Below, one piece after another: positions 9,554 through 19,995 of a stretch of 64,000 bases of DNA. The notes beneath the pieces are model-generated. The model was given only the letters and a program-made list of their open reading frames with translations, did no database searches and was not told the DNA's origin. A program made the position numbers and the translations under genes. Each line of letters starts with the position of its first letter. Position 1 is the first letter of the stretch. The DNA lies in NCBI GenBank assembly GCA_041299015.1, contig JBFYWB010000062.1, positions 9,411-73,410 on the forward strand, given 5' to 3'. The stretch comes from Deltaproteobacteria bacterium (GTDB lineage Bacteria; Desulfobacterota; Desulfobacteria; Desulfobacterales; SG8-13).

Positions 9554-10814
9554 GTTTCTCAGGCAGAATTTGTCCGATGTCAAACGGTCACTGAACGCAC
9601 GCCATTCGGAAATTGACATCGGCGTGTTCCAAACGGCCGATGATCTGCGACGCGGCGTTCTGGTCGAACTCGAAGAGTTGCGTCACCGACGCAACCGGGT
9701 GTCCGATCAGATTGCTGATTTGAAGAAAGGCGGTCAAGATGCAGAGGACCTCGTTGAGCAAATGCGCGCGGTGTCGGCCAAAATAAAAACGCTCGAACAG
9801 GCGTTGGTCGTCCACGAAGAAAACCTCGACAAGATCCTGCTCGAAATTCCGAACATCCCGCATGCCTCGGTTCCATTTGGCAAGGATGCCGCCGACAATT
9901 CACTTGTCAAGCAGGTAGGGAAACCGCCTCACTTCGAATTCGACGTTCAAGCTCACTGGGATATTGGGACCAGACTCGGCATTCTTGACTTCGAGCGCGC
10001 CGCCAAGATCACCGGCGCTCGTTTCCCCCTTTATGTCGGCGCCGGGGCCCGTCTTGAAAGGGCCTTGATTAATTTCATGCTCGACATTCATGTCACCGAA
10101 CATGGATACACAGAGATTTTGCCACCTTTTGCCGTCAACCGACTCAGTATGACCAACACCGGGCAGCTACCGAAGTTCGAGCAGGATCTGTTCAAGCTCG
10201 AGGGTTGGGATTATTTCATGATACCGACCGCCGAAGTGCCCCTCACCAACCTGCGCCAGGGAGAAGTGCTGGATGAAGACCGGCTGCCGATTTATTACAC
10301 GGCCAACAGCCCCTGTTTCCGATCGGAGGCCGGTTCATACGGTAAAGATACCAGAGGGCTGATCCGGCAGCACCAATTCAACAAGGTCGAGATGGTCAAA
10401 TTGACGCAACCGGAGGCGTCTTATGATGAACTCGAAAAAATGCTGAGTGACGCCGAGGCTATTCTCCAACGCCTGAACCTACCCTATCGGATTGTTTTAC
10501 TCTGCACCGGCGACATGGGGTTTTCTGCCGCCAAGACCTATGACCTCGAAGTCTGGCTGCCGGGTCAAGGTGCTTACCGCGAGATTTCGTCTTGCTCTAA
10601 TTGTGAGAGTTTTCAGGCGCGACGCGCCAACATCCGCTTCCGCCGAAAAGGGAAAAAAGGCACGGAGCTCGTCCACACCCTCAACGGTTCCGGTCTGGCG
10701 GTCGGAAGGACCGTCGCGGCGATTCTGGAAAATTTTCAACAGGCTGACGGCAGTGTGGTCATTCCCGAGACGCTCAGGCCTTATATGGGCGGCATGGAAG
10801 TCATATCATTTTGA
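9540..10814 (+). CDS. serS: seryl-tRNA synthetase
   Basis: N-terminal coiled coil ([10 protein letters not shown]), plus class II motifs ([36 protein letters not shown]). Confidence 0.97.
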   Translation: MLEIKFLRQNLSDVKRSLNARHSEIDIGVFQTADDLRRGVLVELEELRHRRNRVSDQIADLKKGGQDAEDLVEQMRAVSAKIKTLEQALVVHEENLDKILLEIPNIPHASVPFGKDAADNSLVKQVGKPPHFEFDVQAHWDIGTRLGILDFERAAKITGARFPLYVGAGARLERALINFMLDIHVTEHGYTEILPPFAVNRLSMTNTGQLPKFEQDLFKLEGWDYFMIPTAEVPLTNLRQGEVLDEDRLPIYYTANSPCFRSEAGSYGKDTRGLIRQHQFNKVEMVKLTQPEASYDELEKMLSDAEAILQRLNLPYRIVLLCTGDMGFSAAKTYDLEVWLPGQGAYREISSCSNCESFQARRANIRFRRKGKKGTELVHTLNGSGLAVGRTVAAILENFQQADGSVVIPETLRPYMGGMEVISF

Positions 10815-12322
10815 AAATAGAAGACATTCCTAAAGATATTCGTCCTTTTATCCTGCCACGACCGTCCGGCGAACTCGTTTACCGCTGCCTGGGTTGCACT
10901 GCTGAATACGGGATCGAGAAATTGCTCTACACCTGTCCGGAATGCCGCCAGGTGTTGCTGATCGTCGACCGCAGGGCCGATCGACTGCGCGAAATTTCAG
11001 GTGGAATCTGGCAGCGGATACTCGACTACCGTAAGATGCTCACCCTGCCGGCCCTTAAAGGCATTTACCGCTATCACGAATTTCTCGGTTCGGTCATCCC
11101 CCTGGAAGCCGTCGTCTACCTGGGAGAAGGACATACCCCGGTGATCGAGGCCAACGGTTTCATGCAGCAAAAAGTCGGCCTCCGGTTTTATTTCAAAAAC
11201 GACGGACAGAATCCAAGCGCATCATTCAAGGACCGGGGGATGGCCAGCGCGCTGAGCTACATCAACTATCTGATCCGCCAGGGCTTGGTATCCGAGGTGC
11301 TGGCGGTGTGTGCCTCCACCGGCGACACGTCGGCCGCAGCCGCCTTATACGCTTCTTATCTGAATCCCCACATCAAATCGGCCGTGCTGCTGCCCCATAA
11401 AAAAGTCACGCCCCAGCAGCTTTCCCAACCGCTTGGGAGCGGTGCGACTGTCTTTGAGATTCCGGGGGTTTTCGACGACTGCATGAAAGTTGTCGAACGG
11501 CTCTCGGACGAATACGATGTCGCACTGCTCAACTCGAAAAACGCCTGGCGGATCCTGGGACAGGAATCCTATTCCTATGAGATCGCCCAGGATTTTGAGT
11601 ACGACCTGCACGACAAGGTGGTTATCCTGCCGATCGGCAACGCCGGAAACATAACCGCCGTGATGAGCGGGTTTTTAAAGTTCCGTGAAACCGGCATCAT
11701 CGGCGACCTGCCGAAGATCATCGGTGTGCAGTCACAGCATGCCAACCCGGTTTATCGCTACTACCGCGAACCGGACCCGTCACGGAGAAAGTTTGCGCCG
11801 GTGACGGTCAGACCCAGCGTGGCCCAGGCGGCCATGATCGGCAATCCCGTGTCTATGCCCCGGGTCATCCACCTGGTAGACCGCTATAACCGGGAGGCCG
11901 GACGGCAGCGGGTTTTTTTCGTCGAAGTGACTGAACAGGCCATCATGGACTGGGAACTGCTGGCCAATCGCAATGGCCACATCGCCTGTACGCACGGCGG
12001 AGAATCTCTGGCCGGCCTGGTGGCCGCCCGGAAACAGGGCCTGGTTGACGGCGACGAAATTGCGGTGATTGATTCCACCGCCCACGCCTTGAAATTCGCC
12101 GGTTTTCAGCAGATGTATTTCGAACGGCAGTTCCCGCCGGAATTTGGCATCACCGTCGACCCGCAGTTGATCAACACACCGCTGTACCTCCGCCCGCAAG
12201 GCCTGGAAAGGCTGCCGGCGCCCGGAAAGCCTTTGACCGGTTCTGATTTCGACCTGTTCGTGCAACGAGTGGCGGTGGAAATCGCCGACAGATTAAACCT
12301 TAAAAAAACCTTGAACGCTTAG
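10811..12322 (+). CDS. thrC: threonine synthase with N-terminal zinc-ribbon extension
   Basis: PLP-lysine motif SFKDRGMA and a PALP fold ([17 protein letters not shown]). The N-terminus has CxxC..CxxC (RCLGCTAEY...YTCPECRQ). An apparent TTG start overlaps the serS TGA by 4 nt. Confidence 0.88.
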   Translation: MKIEDIPKDIRPFILPRPSGELVYRCLGCTAEYGIEKLLYTCPECRQVLLIVDRRADRLREISGGIWQRILDYRKMLTLPALKGIYRYHEFLGSVIPLEAVVYLGEGHTPVIEANGFMQQKVGLRFYFKNDGQNPSASFKDRGMASALSYINYLIRQGLVSEVLAVCASTGDTSAAAALYASYLNPHIKSAVLLPHKKVTPQQLSQPLGSGATVFEIPGVFDDCMKVVERLSDEYDVALLNSKNAWRILGQESYSYEIAQDFEYDLHDKVVILPIGNAGNITAVMSGFLKFRETGIIGDLPKIIGVQSQHANPVYRYYREPDPSRRKFAPVTVRPSVAQAAMIGNPVSMPRVIHLVDRYNREAGRQRVFFVEVTEQAIMDWELLANRNGHIACTHGGESLAGLVAARKQGLVDGDEIAVIDSTAHALKFAGFQQMYFERQFPPEFGITVDPQLINTPLYLRPQGLERLPAPGKPLTGSDFDLFVQRVAVEIADRLNLKKTLNA

Positions 12323-12384
12323 CGGCCCGCGCAGCCGACCGGGGGATTCCGCCGGCGTTAACCGATCGATAAGGGACGTTGAAT

Positions 12385-13140
12385 ATGAGAAGAAATCGAA
12401 TTTTGTGGGCCGCCTGCGCACTCTTGCTCATTGCTTGTGCCACGGACCGGGCCGATTTGCGAAAAAGAGAAGTTGCCTATCGAGACCTCGGTAAGCAATA
12501 CTATCTGGCCGGTGATTATACGAGCGCCCTGAAATACCTGCTGGAAGCCGATAAGATGTATTCCGAGGATCACATTCTGCATAATTATTTAGGCCAGGTT
12601 TACCTGGCCAAGAGCAGACCCGACCTGGCCGTCACACACTTCAAGCGATCTTTGCAGCTCAAAGCCGATTATGCGGTTGCCAAGAACAATCTCGGGGTCG
12701 CCTACCTGGATGAGCAACAGTACGACCAGGCGATCGCTGTCTTTAAAGAAGTCTCCGGCGATCTCTTGTATGCAACTCCGCATTTTCCCCTGACCAATAT
12801 CGGCTACGCTTATTTCATGAAAAAAGACTTTTTGGAGGCGGAGAAGTATTACCTGAAAGCATTGGAACTCGAACCCGGTTATCCGCTGGCCCTCAAGGGG
12901 TTGGGACGGACCTATTTGGCGATGGGCAAGGGCGCCGCGGCGCAGGCGGCCCTGACCGCGGCCGTCGACAGCGATCCGACATCAGCAGAAGCCTACTACG
13001 AACTCGGAAAATCTTACCTCTTGTTACAGAACCCCGCCAGGGCCAAGACCGCTTTTGAAAAAACCGTTCAACTCAAACCGGATTCCCCCGAAGCCAAGGC
13101 CGCAAGAAACGAACTGATGAAGCTGCAAAGCATCCCCTAA
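12385..13140 (+). CDS. pilW: TPR lipoprotein, PilW/PilF-type type IV pilus biogenesis/stability protein
   Basis: Lipobox LIAC after a signal peptide and ~250 aa of TPR repeats. It is convergent with pilQ. ATG at 12385 has an AAGGGA RBS; the ORF track opens at a TTG at 12379. Confidence 0.7.
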   Translation: MRRNRILWAACALLLIACATDRADLRKREVAYRDLGKQYYLAGDYTSALKYLLEADKMYSEDHILHNYLGQVYLAKSRPDLAVTHFKRSLQLKADYAVAKNNLGVAYLDEQQYDQAIAVFKEVSGDLLYATPHFPLTNIGYAYFMKKDFLEAEKYYLKALELEPGYPLALKGLGRTYLAMGKGAAAQAALTAAVDSDPTSAEAYYELGKSYLLLQNPARAKTAFEKTVQLKPDSPEAKAARNELMKLQSIP

Positions 13141-13164
13141 ACCAAATATCGACCGTTAAAAATG

Positions 13165-13206
13165 AAAACCCGCCGCTCGCGACCAGGGCGAGGGCGGGTT
13201 TTTTTT
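13165..13206. terminator. bidirectional rho-independent terminator between pilW and pilQ
   Basis: GC-rich hairpin CCCGCC-G-CTCGC / GCGAG-G-GCGGG, flanked by AAAA on the left and TTTTTTTT on the right. It sits between two convergent stops. Confidence 0.8.
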
Positions 13207-13217
13207 CGAACCTATCA

Positions 13218-15965
13218 TCAGATAATGCGGCGCTGCTCGAGCTGAACGATGCGCGGCGTAATGAAGATCAGCAGTTCATTGTTGGTGTTGTTTTCATTCT
13301 TGGTTTTGAACATCCAGCCCATCAGGGGGATGTCCTTCACTCCCGGCCATCCCGATTCGGATTCCTGCTTGTTGTTCTTGATGATACCGCCAATGACAAT
13401 CGTGTCGCTATCGTTGACCAGCAGCTCGGTCTGGGCTTCATTGACGTTGAGAGACGGCACGCCCAGGGTGATGGTACCGATGTCGTTTTTGGTGATGTAG
13501 ATTTTCATCAGGATACGGTCATCCGGTGTGACGGTAGGGGTTACCTCCAGCAGCAGGTCGATATTTTTAAACTTCACCGTCGCGTTGCCGGATGAATCCC
13601 GTTCCAGGTAGGGCCACTCGACGCCCTGCTTGATTTTGGCCTTTTTGTTGTCGAGCGTAACGATCTTCGGCGCGGTGATGATCCGACCCTGCTTGTTGGC
13701 TTCGACGGCGTTGAGGGTGGCGTCCAGGGTCAACGGCGTCCCGGCCAGTTTGGCGAAGTTGAATCCGACTGTCGAAGAAGCGTTCGATGGAAAATTCATG
13801 GCCACATTGCCGCCTATTTGGGAACCACCTAAGATATTCGTCGGGCCCCAGCTCGCATTCCAGTCGATGCCCAGTTCCATCGAGAACTCTTCGCTGACCT
13901 CGACCACGCGGGCTTCGATGATCACCTGCGGGGTCACCGTGTCGATGCGGCTGACGATTTCCTTGATCTGAGCGATCGTAGAGACGGTGTCGGTGACGAT
14001 CAGTTGGTTATTGCGCTGATCGACGCTGATGCTGCCGCGGTCCTTGGTCAGAACTTTCTGGGCGAGGGGCAGGACCTCGCCTTGGGCATCCGAATAATTG
14101 ACTGCAATGTATTCGGTGACCAGCGGTTCAAGCGCCTTGACCACCTCCTGGGATTTCTGTTCGGCGGTGATTTTGTCCTGCTTGGCCTTTTCTTCGGCGG
14201 TCAAGGTCGCAAGGGTGGCGATCCGAATGATGTCGCCTTCGTACACCATGCCCAGGCGGTTCATCTTCAACACAAGATCCAGAACCTGGTCCCAGGGAAC
14301 CGGTTTTTCCAGGGTCAAGGTCACGTTGCCGGTGACATCCTTGTCGATGGCAAAGTTTTTGCCGCTGATTTCTCGGATGATGCGGAAAACGTTTTTTATG
14401 TCGGTTTCATAGAAATCAAGGGCAATTTTTTCTCCGGTATACACTTTGTGAGACCCATAGGTGATGACGTTGGGGGCTTTGTACGATGCCAAAGCCGCCA
14501 TGGGCATCGCCGGTTCGGGAGCATCCGACTGCGCGGCCGGTGCCGAGATGGCCGGCGGAGTCGGGGAGGCGTTTGGTCCGTGTTGCGGGGCTGCAGGGGC
14601 TATGGTCTGCGATCCGGCTTCGGTTTGGGCCAGAACTTTCTTCCAGTCCGGCAAGTTCGCCTGCTCAAGAGGTTGCGGCGCTACGGACGAGGGCCCGAAG
14701 TGGATCATCAGAACGTCGTCTTTTTGCTCGACATCATAATTTACGGCCTCCCGCAGCTCGATGGCGACCAGAGTCGTTTTCGGCATCGATTTCTTGTAAA
14801 CCGGGGTAATGCGGTTGACGGCACTTTCAAAACGCGTTGTTATCAAGGGACGATCGCGATATTTCGGCAGCTTGGTATCGAAGAGCTCCAACTGCAGAAG
14901 TGTAGCGGATGAATTTTTCAATTCGTATTTAACCGGTCGGGTGGTGCCGACGATAATGGTCGATTGTCCGGCTTCTTCGCTCAGAAAATCGATACGGTTC
15001 ACCCAGGCTTCTTTTTCAGCCTCTGCGGGCGGCGATGCGGAAACAACGGCGGCTACCGGTTTTTCTGCGATCGGTTTAACCTCAGGCAGCGGCTTTTCGG
15101 CAGCGGCGGAGACCGCCGCCTGCGGTTCATCTCCAATCTGGATCATCATTCCGGAGGCTGACGGCCAGGCGCTGTAATTTTTCAGGTAATTCTTTTCTGT
15201 GTCGATAACCAGGCGGACCTTGTCGGCATAGCCGTAGTACCGCGTCTGCCGGATCCATCCGGTGTTTGCCGGAATCACCTGTTCTCCTATGTGAGGGCTT
15301 TTCAGGTTCGGCATGTCAAACACGATCCGAGCAGGATCATAGAGAATAAACGATTTAAAGTTTTTGATAGTGCCATCGGCCGTTACATTGAGACGTGTCC
15401 GGTCCTGGTCCTTGACGATGTAAACGCCCTCGAGGCGAGAGGCCGTCGTTGCCTCGGCAGCCGGACCGTCAGGTGTGCTTTGCGAATCACCGACGATGGG
15501 CGCTGATAGGGGCTTGGCGAATTCAATTCGGATGCCGGTTTCCTCAGTCACAACCTCATGAGGCGTATCCTCTTTAAGGGCGATGAAAAGCCGCGATACG
15601 CCCTGACTTTCGCTGATCTGTGAAAACTCGACGGATTCGATGACCGTATTGTCCGGTGCGACCTGGGGAGCAACGGCACTGTCGACGCCGGTGTCTCGGA
15701 AGTAAAATAGGATGCCAAGTGGAAAATCCTGCTTTACGGAGGTATAGGAGAGCTGGCTGTTGCCTTTAACCCTCACGATACAGGATTGCGCATCCTCAGT
15801 GACCATGACCTCCGAGATGATAATGGTTCCGGTGGCACGCCACTCGCCAGACGCATCATTGGCCACCGGTTTGGTGTTGACACACCCGCCTGACAGTCCG
15901 AGCAAGACAATCAGAAAAGTGACCACTACTGCGCTTTTCTTGAATCTTACAATTGAGGTGTTCAT
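13218..15965 (-). CDS. pilQ: type IV pilus secretin PilQ (long form with AMIN-like repeats and Pro/Ala-rich linkers)
   Basis: C-terminal secretin domain (QVIIEARVVEVSEEF, NELLIFITPRIV) and N-terminal repeated beta-rich modules. It sits directly downstream of pilMNOP. Confidence 0.92.
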   Translation of the reverse strand: MNTSIVRFKKSAVVVTFLIVLLGLSGGCVNTKPVANDASGEWRATGTIIISEVMVTEDAQSCIVRVKGNSQLSYTSVKQDFPLGILFYFRDTGVDSAVAPQVAPDNTVIESVEFSQISESQGVSRLFIALKEDTPHEVVTEETGIRIEFAKPLSAPIVGDSQSTPDGPAAEATTASRLEGVYIVKDQDRTRLNVTADGTIKNFKSFILYDPARIVFDMPNLKSPHIGEQVIPANTGWIRQTRYYGYADKVRLVIDTEKNYLKNYSAWPSASGMMIQIGDEPQAAVSAAAEKPLPEVKPIAEKPVAAVVSASPPAEAEKEAWVNRIDFLSEEAGQSTIIVGTTRPVKYELKNSSATLLQLELFDTKLPKYRDRPLITTRFESAVNRITPVYKKSMPKTTLVAIELREAVNYDVEQKDDVLMIHFGPSSVAPQPLEQANLPDWKKVLAQTEAGSQTIAPAAPQHGPNASPTPPAISAPAAQSDAPEPAMPMAALASYKAPNVITYGSHKVYTGEKIALDFYETDIKNVFRIIREISGKNFAIDKDVTGNVTLTLEKPVPWDQVLDLVLKMNRLGMVYEGDIIRIATLATLTAEEKAKQDKITAEQKSQEVVKALEPLVTEYIAVNYSDAQGEVLPLAQKVLTKDRGSISVDQRNNQLIVTDTVSTIAQIKEIVSRIDTVTPQVIIEARVVEVSEEFSMELGIDWNASWGPTNILGGSQIGGNVAMNFPSNASSTVGFNFAKLAGTPLTLDATLNAVEANKQGRIITAPKIVTLDNKKAKIKQGVEWPYLERDSSGNATVKFKNIDLLLEVTPTVTPDDRILMKIYITKNDIGTITLGVPSLNVNEAQTELLVNDSDTIVIGGIIKNNKQESESGWPGVKDIPLMGWMFKTKNENNTNNELLIFITPRIVQLEQRRII

Positions 15966-15969
15966 GTGA

Positions 15970-16917
15970 TCATTCTCCGGGGGGTTTCGGGAGTACGAGT
16001 TCTTTATTGCGGATGGTCGGTTTGCCGACCACGTCCTCGATTTCTTCTTCTACAATCACCCGATCATTCTTTATTTCGGTCACCTTTCCTGAATTCACGC
16101 CAATATAGGTCCCTTCCTTGATGATATACCCCTTTCCCGATGATTCCTGCACCAGTGCCCGGTTGCCGCTGGAGGCCAAAATGACGCCGACCAATTTGAG
16201 TTGGCCCAGATCGATTCTTTCAAGAGGTGTCCGGGGGACACGCTTTTCCTTTTTGGATTCAGCCGGTTCAATCTCAGGCTCATCTCTGAAGAGCGGCTCA
16301 AAGGGGTCGATCTTGCCAAGCGGGTTGTATGGCAATGGGTTACCGTCCATTGCTCTGGTCACGATGGAAGGCGGTCTATCTTCGGGTACCGTCACAGCAG
16401 CTACCGTCAAAGCGGGTACGGAGACCTCAGTCGCAGAAGCCTCTGGTGACGGCGCCGGCGCTGTGGCTTCCGCAATCGCTTTGTGTGCAGGCAGCGGCGC
16501 GGCGGCCGCACCAACGTCGGCAGGCACCGTTTCGGCCTGTCCGAGGGGTTGGGATGCGGATCGATTCGTCAGCGGCGCCCCCGGTGCTGGTGATTTTTGA
16601 GCTGCGATCGACGGTTTCATTTTTTCCGGCGGAGTTGCCGCAAGATCCGATTTCGGATCCAGTTCAGCCGCAGCCGTCTGGACAATCGGCGTCGATCGGG
16701 TATTCTGTATCGTTTTTGTTTGGGCGATATCGGCCTTGGGCGACAAAGGGCCTAAAACTTCGCTTGCCGGATTGCCGCCGGATTCCGGAGGTATCTGGAT
16801 CTTTTTTCGCACCACAGTAGGCTGTGCCAGAGCCAGCGCCTGTTTGTCGCAGATGCCGGTTACCGCAACAAGAAAGGACAACATGGTCAGTGAAATGATG
16901 CCGCGCAGTGATTTCAT
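15970..16917 (-). CDS. pilP: PilP-like pilus assembly lipoprotein with a long Pro/Ala/Ser-rich linker
   Basis: The C-terminal ~90 aa resemble the PilP beta-domain (LGQLKLVGVILASSGNRALVQESSGKGYIIKEGTYIG...VTEIKNDRVIV). Position between pilO and pilQ supports the call. The middle ~170 aa are low complexity. Confidence 0.75.
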   Translation of the reverse strand: MKSLRGIISLTMLSFLVAVTGICDKQALALAQPTVVRKKIQIPPESGGNPASEVLGPLSPKADIAQTKTIQNTRSTPIVQTAAAELDPKSDLAATPPEKMKPSIAAQKSPAPGAPLTNRSASQPLGQAETVPADVGAAAAPLPAHKAIAEATAPAPSPEASATEVSVPALTVAAVTVPEDRPPSIVTRAMDGNPLPYNPLGKIDPFEPLFRDEPEIEPAESKKEKRVPRTPLERIDLGQLKLVGVILASSGNRALVQESSGKGYIIKEGTYIGVNSGKVTEIKNDRVIVEEEIEDVVGKPTIRNKELVLPKPPGE

Positions 16918-16947
16918 GGCTGATCGTTTCTGTTGTTCGGAAAAGGG

Positions 16948-17577
16948 TTATTTTTTCTTCTTTGCCGACGTTTTCTTCGGGGCCGGCTTGCTCTCGATGA
17001 ATTTATAGGTTACGGCGGTGCATGATGTGGTCAGGGACATGTTGCCCTTGACCGGTTTCATGGAAACGTCGCGGATATTGACAACGCGCGATAATCTGGC
17101 GACCCGGTCGAAAAAGATGGCGAGGTTGTGAAATTTGCCGTTTACTTTCATGACGACGGGAATTTCAGCATAAAAATCCTTCTGCACCTCGGCTTTTGGC
17201 TGAAAAAGGAGAAACTCCAGCCCGGAATCCTTGCCGGAATCTGAAATGCTGGTCAACAGCGATGGAATTTCTTCTTTTTCCGGCAATGATTTCATGACGA
17301 TTTTAAACTGGTCCTCTGCATCCTTCATCTTCTGTTGAAACTTTTTCAGGTCCTTGGCATTGTTCTTTGCCGTTTGGAGTTCCTTGTCCAGTTTTGCCAA
17401 CTCTTTTTCAAGAGTGCCGATGGTCTCTTGCTTGGGCATGTAAAACAAAAAAACAGCCACGCCGATGAAGACCAGAAAAACGCCGGCACTGATCAGGATC
17501 CGGTAAAGCCTTGAAAGTTTTTCGACTTTGTCAATAAATGGTTCAAGCGCGTCTAGTGTGAGAGCGGTTTTTTTCAT
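16948..17577 (-). CDS. pilO: type IV pilus assembly protein PilO
   Basis: Single TM (ILISAGVFLVFIGVAVFLFY), a coiled coil, then an alpha/beta core. Synteny is pilN-pilO-pilP. Confidence 0.85.
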   Translation of the reverse strand: MKKTALTLDALEPFIDKVEKLSRLYRILISAGVFLVFIGVAVFLFYMPKQETIGTLEKELAKLDKELQTAKNNAKDLKKFQQKMKDAEDQFKIVMKSLPEKEEIPSLLTSISDSGKDSGLEFLLFQPKAEVQKDFYAEIPVVMKVNGKFHNLAIFFDRVARLSRVVNIRDVSMKPVKGNMSLTTSCTAVTYKFIESKPAPKKTSAKKKK

Positions 17578-17579
17578 GG

Positions 17580-18158
17580 TTATGTTCTCTTCTTTGGCTC
17601 TTTTTTCAGTTCGTTGGGTTCTGCTTTACTGCAGGTGATGGAGAACTTTTTCAGCCCCGAGCCCTTGACCACTTGTTTTTCAATGGTTTGCAGTCGCACG
17701 GAACCGAACAACCCGGTGCCTTCCAGGCGGGTCATGAAGTCGGCCACGGTCTTATTGTCCAGAGCGATACCATCGATTTGAACGTTTTGAGGCCGGTCGT
17801 CGAATGAAGTAAACCACATCCGGTTGGCGATGATTTTATCCGACATGTTTTCGAGAAGTTGTACCGGTTCGAAGCGGTTGGTTTCCAGCTTGCGGATAAC
17901 TTCGGTTTTCTTCTCCAGAATCGCCAGCATCTTTTTGATTTCTTCGATCTGTTCGGTAATTTTTTGAAACTTGGCGACCTCCTTCTTTGTGGCGTCCACA
18001 TTGGTTTTGAGGTCCTTGATCCGCCCGCCTAGATGAATGTTGTAATAGATCAGGACGGCCAGCATCAAGAAAAAGGAAAGAAAGAAGACCGAAATCTGTC
18101 GCCGAATGTTCTCTTTTTTCCGGGCGGCCCGAAAGGGCAAAAGGTTGATGCGTATCAT
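17580..18158 (-). CDS. pilN: type IV pilus assembly protein PilN
   Basis: Canonical N-terminus MIRINLLPFRAARKK, followed by a TM helix. ATGA overlap with the pilM stop. Confidence 0.9.
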   Translation of the reverse strand: MIRINLLPFRAARKKENIRRQISVFFLSFFLMLAVLIYYNIHLGGRIKDLKTNVDATKKEVAKFQKITEQIEEIKKMLAILEKKTEVIRKLETNRFEPVQLLENMSDKIIANRMWFTSFDDRPQNVQIDGIALDNKTVADFMTRLEGTGLFGSVRLQTIEKQVVKGSGLKKFSITCSKAEPNELKKEPKKRT

Positions 18159-19207
18159 TTGTCGTCAATCTTCCTTATAGCCAGACCCATTGTGATCGCG
18201 GCCTGGGGTGCAATTTGTTCGATGTAGGCAGGGTCGAAGTTGCTGTCCAATACAAAGTTGCCGAAGGGATTGATGGTCGTCACTTCAGAAGACGTTTCCG
18301 AGGCCAGCAATTGACGGAAATCGGCGATGTTGCCCCCGCCGCCGCTCAATATAATTCGTTTTATTTGATCCTCAGGGTAGGTCGAGTAAAAAAAGTCAAT
18401 CGCCCGCCGGATTTCCGTGCACCAGTCTGAGACAACTCCGATCACGATTTCCTTGATGTCTGCGGCGGAGATTTTATCGGTCTGCCCGCCCAACTTAATG
18501 GCTTCGGACTCATCGAAGGAGCAATTAATGAGGGAAATGATTTTCTGGTTGATCTGTCCGCAGCCAAGCGAGACATCGCGCATGAAAACCGAGTTGCTAC
18601 CTTTTAGAATATTAAGCGATGTCTTGCTGGCGCCGATATCGATCAACGCAATATTTTCGTCTTTCACCTCATGGTTGATTTCGAAAATATTTTGAAGCGC
18701 GAATGCTTCGACATCGATGATGCAGGGATTCAATCCGGCTAGATTCACAAGGTTGATATAATCATTGACCATTTCTTTCTTGGCGGCTACCAGGAAAACG
18801 TTCATCTGGTTCGGATTGTTTTCATTCGGACCGAGAATCTGAAAGTCGAGGTTGACATCACTGATGTCGAAAGGAATATACTGTTCGGCCTCGAAATGAA
18901 TCGTGTCCTGGAGTTGATCCTCGGCCATCGTTTGGACGTTGATTTTCTTAACGATGACCGAATATCCGCCAATCGATACGGCAACATTTTTTTCGCGGAT
19001 GTTGTAGGTTTTGAACAGTTCCTTGATTTTCTTGGCGACCTCTTCCGGCTCGTTGATGGCGCCATCCTCGATAAGGCCCGGAGTGATGTCCACCATGCCG
19101 AAACGTTTGAGGGTCCTTCCCTTGGCAGTGTCGGCGACTTCAGCCGCCTTAATCGTTCGGGAGCCGATGTCCAAGCCGACGAGATGGTCTTTTTTTCCGA
19201 ATAGCAT
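18155..19207 (-). CDS. pilM: type IV pilus assembly ATPase-fold protein PilM
   Basis: Actin-like fold motifs (LVGLDIGSRTIKAAEV, ALIDIGASKTSLNI, ILSGGGGN). 350 aa. Confidence 0.93.
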   Translation of the reverse strand: MLFGKKDHLVGLDIGSRTIKAAEVADTAKGRTLKRFGMVDITPGLIEDGAINEPEEVAKKIKELFKTYNIREKNVAVSIGGYSVIVKKINVQTMAEDQLQDTIHFEAEQYIPFDISDVNLDFQILGPNENNPNQMNVFLVAAKKEMVNDYINLVNLAGLNPCIIDVEAFALQNIFEINHEVKDENIALIDIGASKTSLNILKGSNSVFMRDVSLGCGQINQKIISLINCSFDESEAIKLGGQTDKISAADIKEIVIGVVSDWCTEIRRAIDFFYSTYPEDQIKRIILSGGGGNIADFRQLLASETSSEVTTINPFGNFVLDSNFDPAYIEQIAPQAAITMGLAIRKIDDK

Positions 19208-19995
19208 AGGAGCTCTCTTACTCTTTAAGGTGTTTTCTTGCGTTAACCGGCTCTTTTGCCGTGATGGGGAATAACAGCGAAATATATCGGCCCTTGAAAA
19301 TCGTGAGGTCTTTAATTTTTTTCGTTTCGACCAATGTTCGTATCCCGCCCGGATTAGGTCAAGCCAATCATGTTAATTATACATTTAATTATAGGTAGTT
19401 AAGATATATTTCACTCAAAATTTTCGTATTGATCTATATCTTGAGCGTAATTACTTTAGGCATTCATTTAATGTACATTGTATCACATATTCTTTCATTT
19501 CGATACCCCATTTCTTTCGGTCGAATGCCCCTTACCAGTGGATGGACCCAATGTCGGCAACGATGGTCAAACTCGATGGCAAAACGGGTGTTGCCCCTGC
19601 CGACATGAGCCCGAAACCGGTATTTTGGGACGGACTAAATCTACTTATCGGCTTTTCAGGACGAAAGTTTAGCCGACAAGAGCTGTTTATCCAAAAAGAA
19701 TGCCGGGTTCCTGCCTGAAGCAGCCGCTGGCGATTTGTACACGCCTGGGCGCTCCAGTCGAACTCCTACCGGGCGAAAAACTGCAAAGTTTTTCTCGCTG
19801 GGAATGGTTTTTCTCTGCCGGGCCCCATTTGGCGGTGTCGATTGATATTTTTACCCCGGCATGCTACCTTCAGTTGCCGGCTCCCGTCAGTTAATTGAGT
19901 GTCCCCGATGGCTCATTTGATTCGTAGCGACTGTTTTCAGCAGTCCTTTTTATTGGCGATTGGAAGGGAAGCGATAGGCACCGAAGTGGCCTATC

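Noticed and set aside
19330-19352. tRNA T-arm-like string (gttcgtatcccgcccgg)
   Set aside because: No acceptor stem, no anticodon arm and no matching 5' half could be found around it.
19540-19690. Possible c-di-GMP-I (GEMM-I) riboswitch, prompted by GGCAAAAC and GAC..AGCC-like strings near pilus genes
   Set aside because: The key conserved elements (the GNRA tetraloop/receptor pairing and the ACGCAAAGCC-type core) are not reproduced. The resemblance is limited to short strings. It is kept only as an unclassified structured region.
19830-19846. sigma-54-like TGGCGG-N-TTGA upstream of the histidine kinase; also AGGCCT-N5-ATGCC at 42821-42836 upstream of the acyl-CoA dehydrogenase
   Set aside because: The spacing or the invariant -12 GC / -24 GG context deviates from consensus. 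These are much weaker than the site at 62797-62812.
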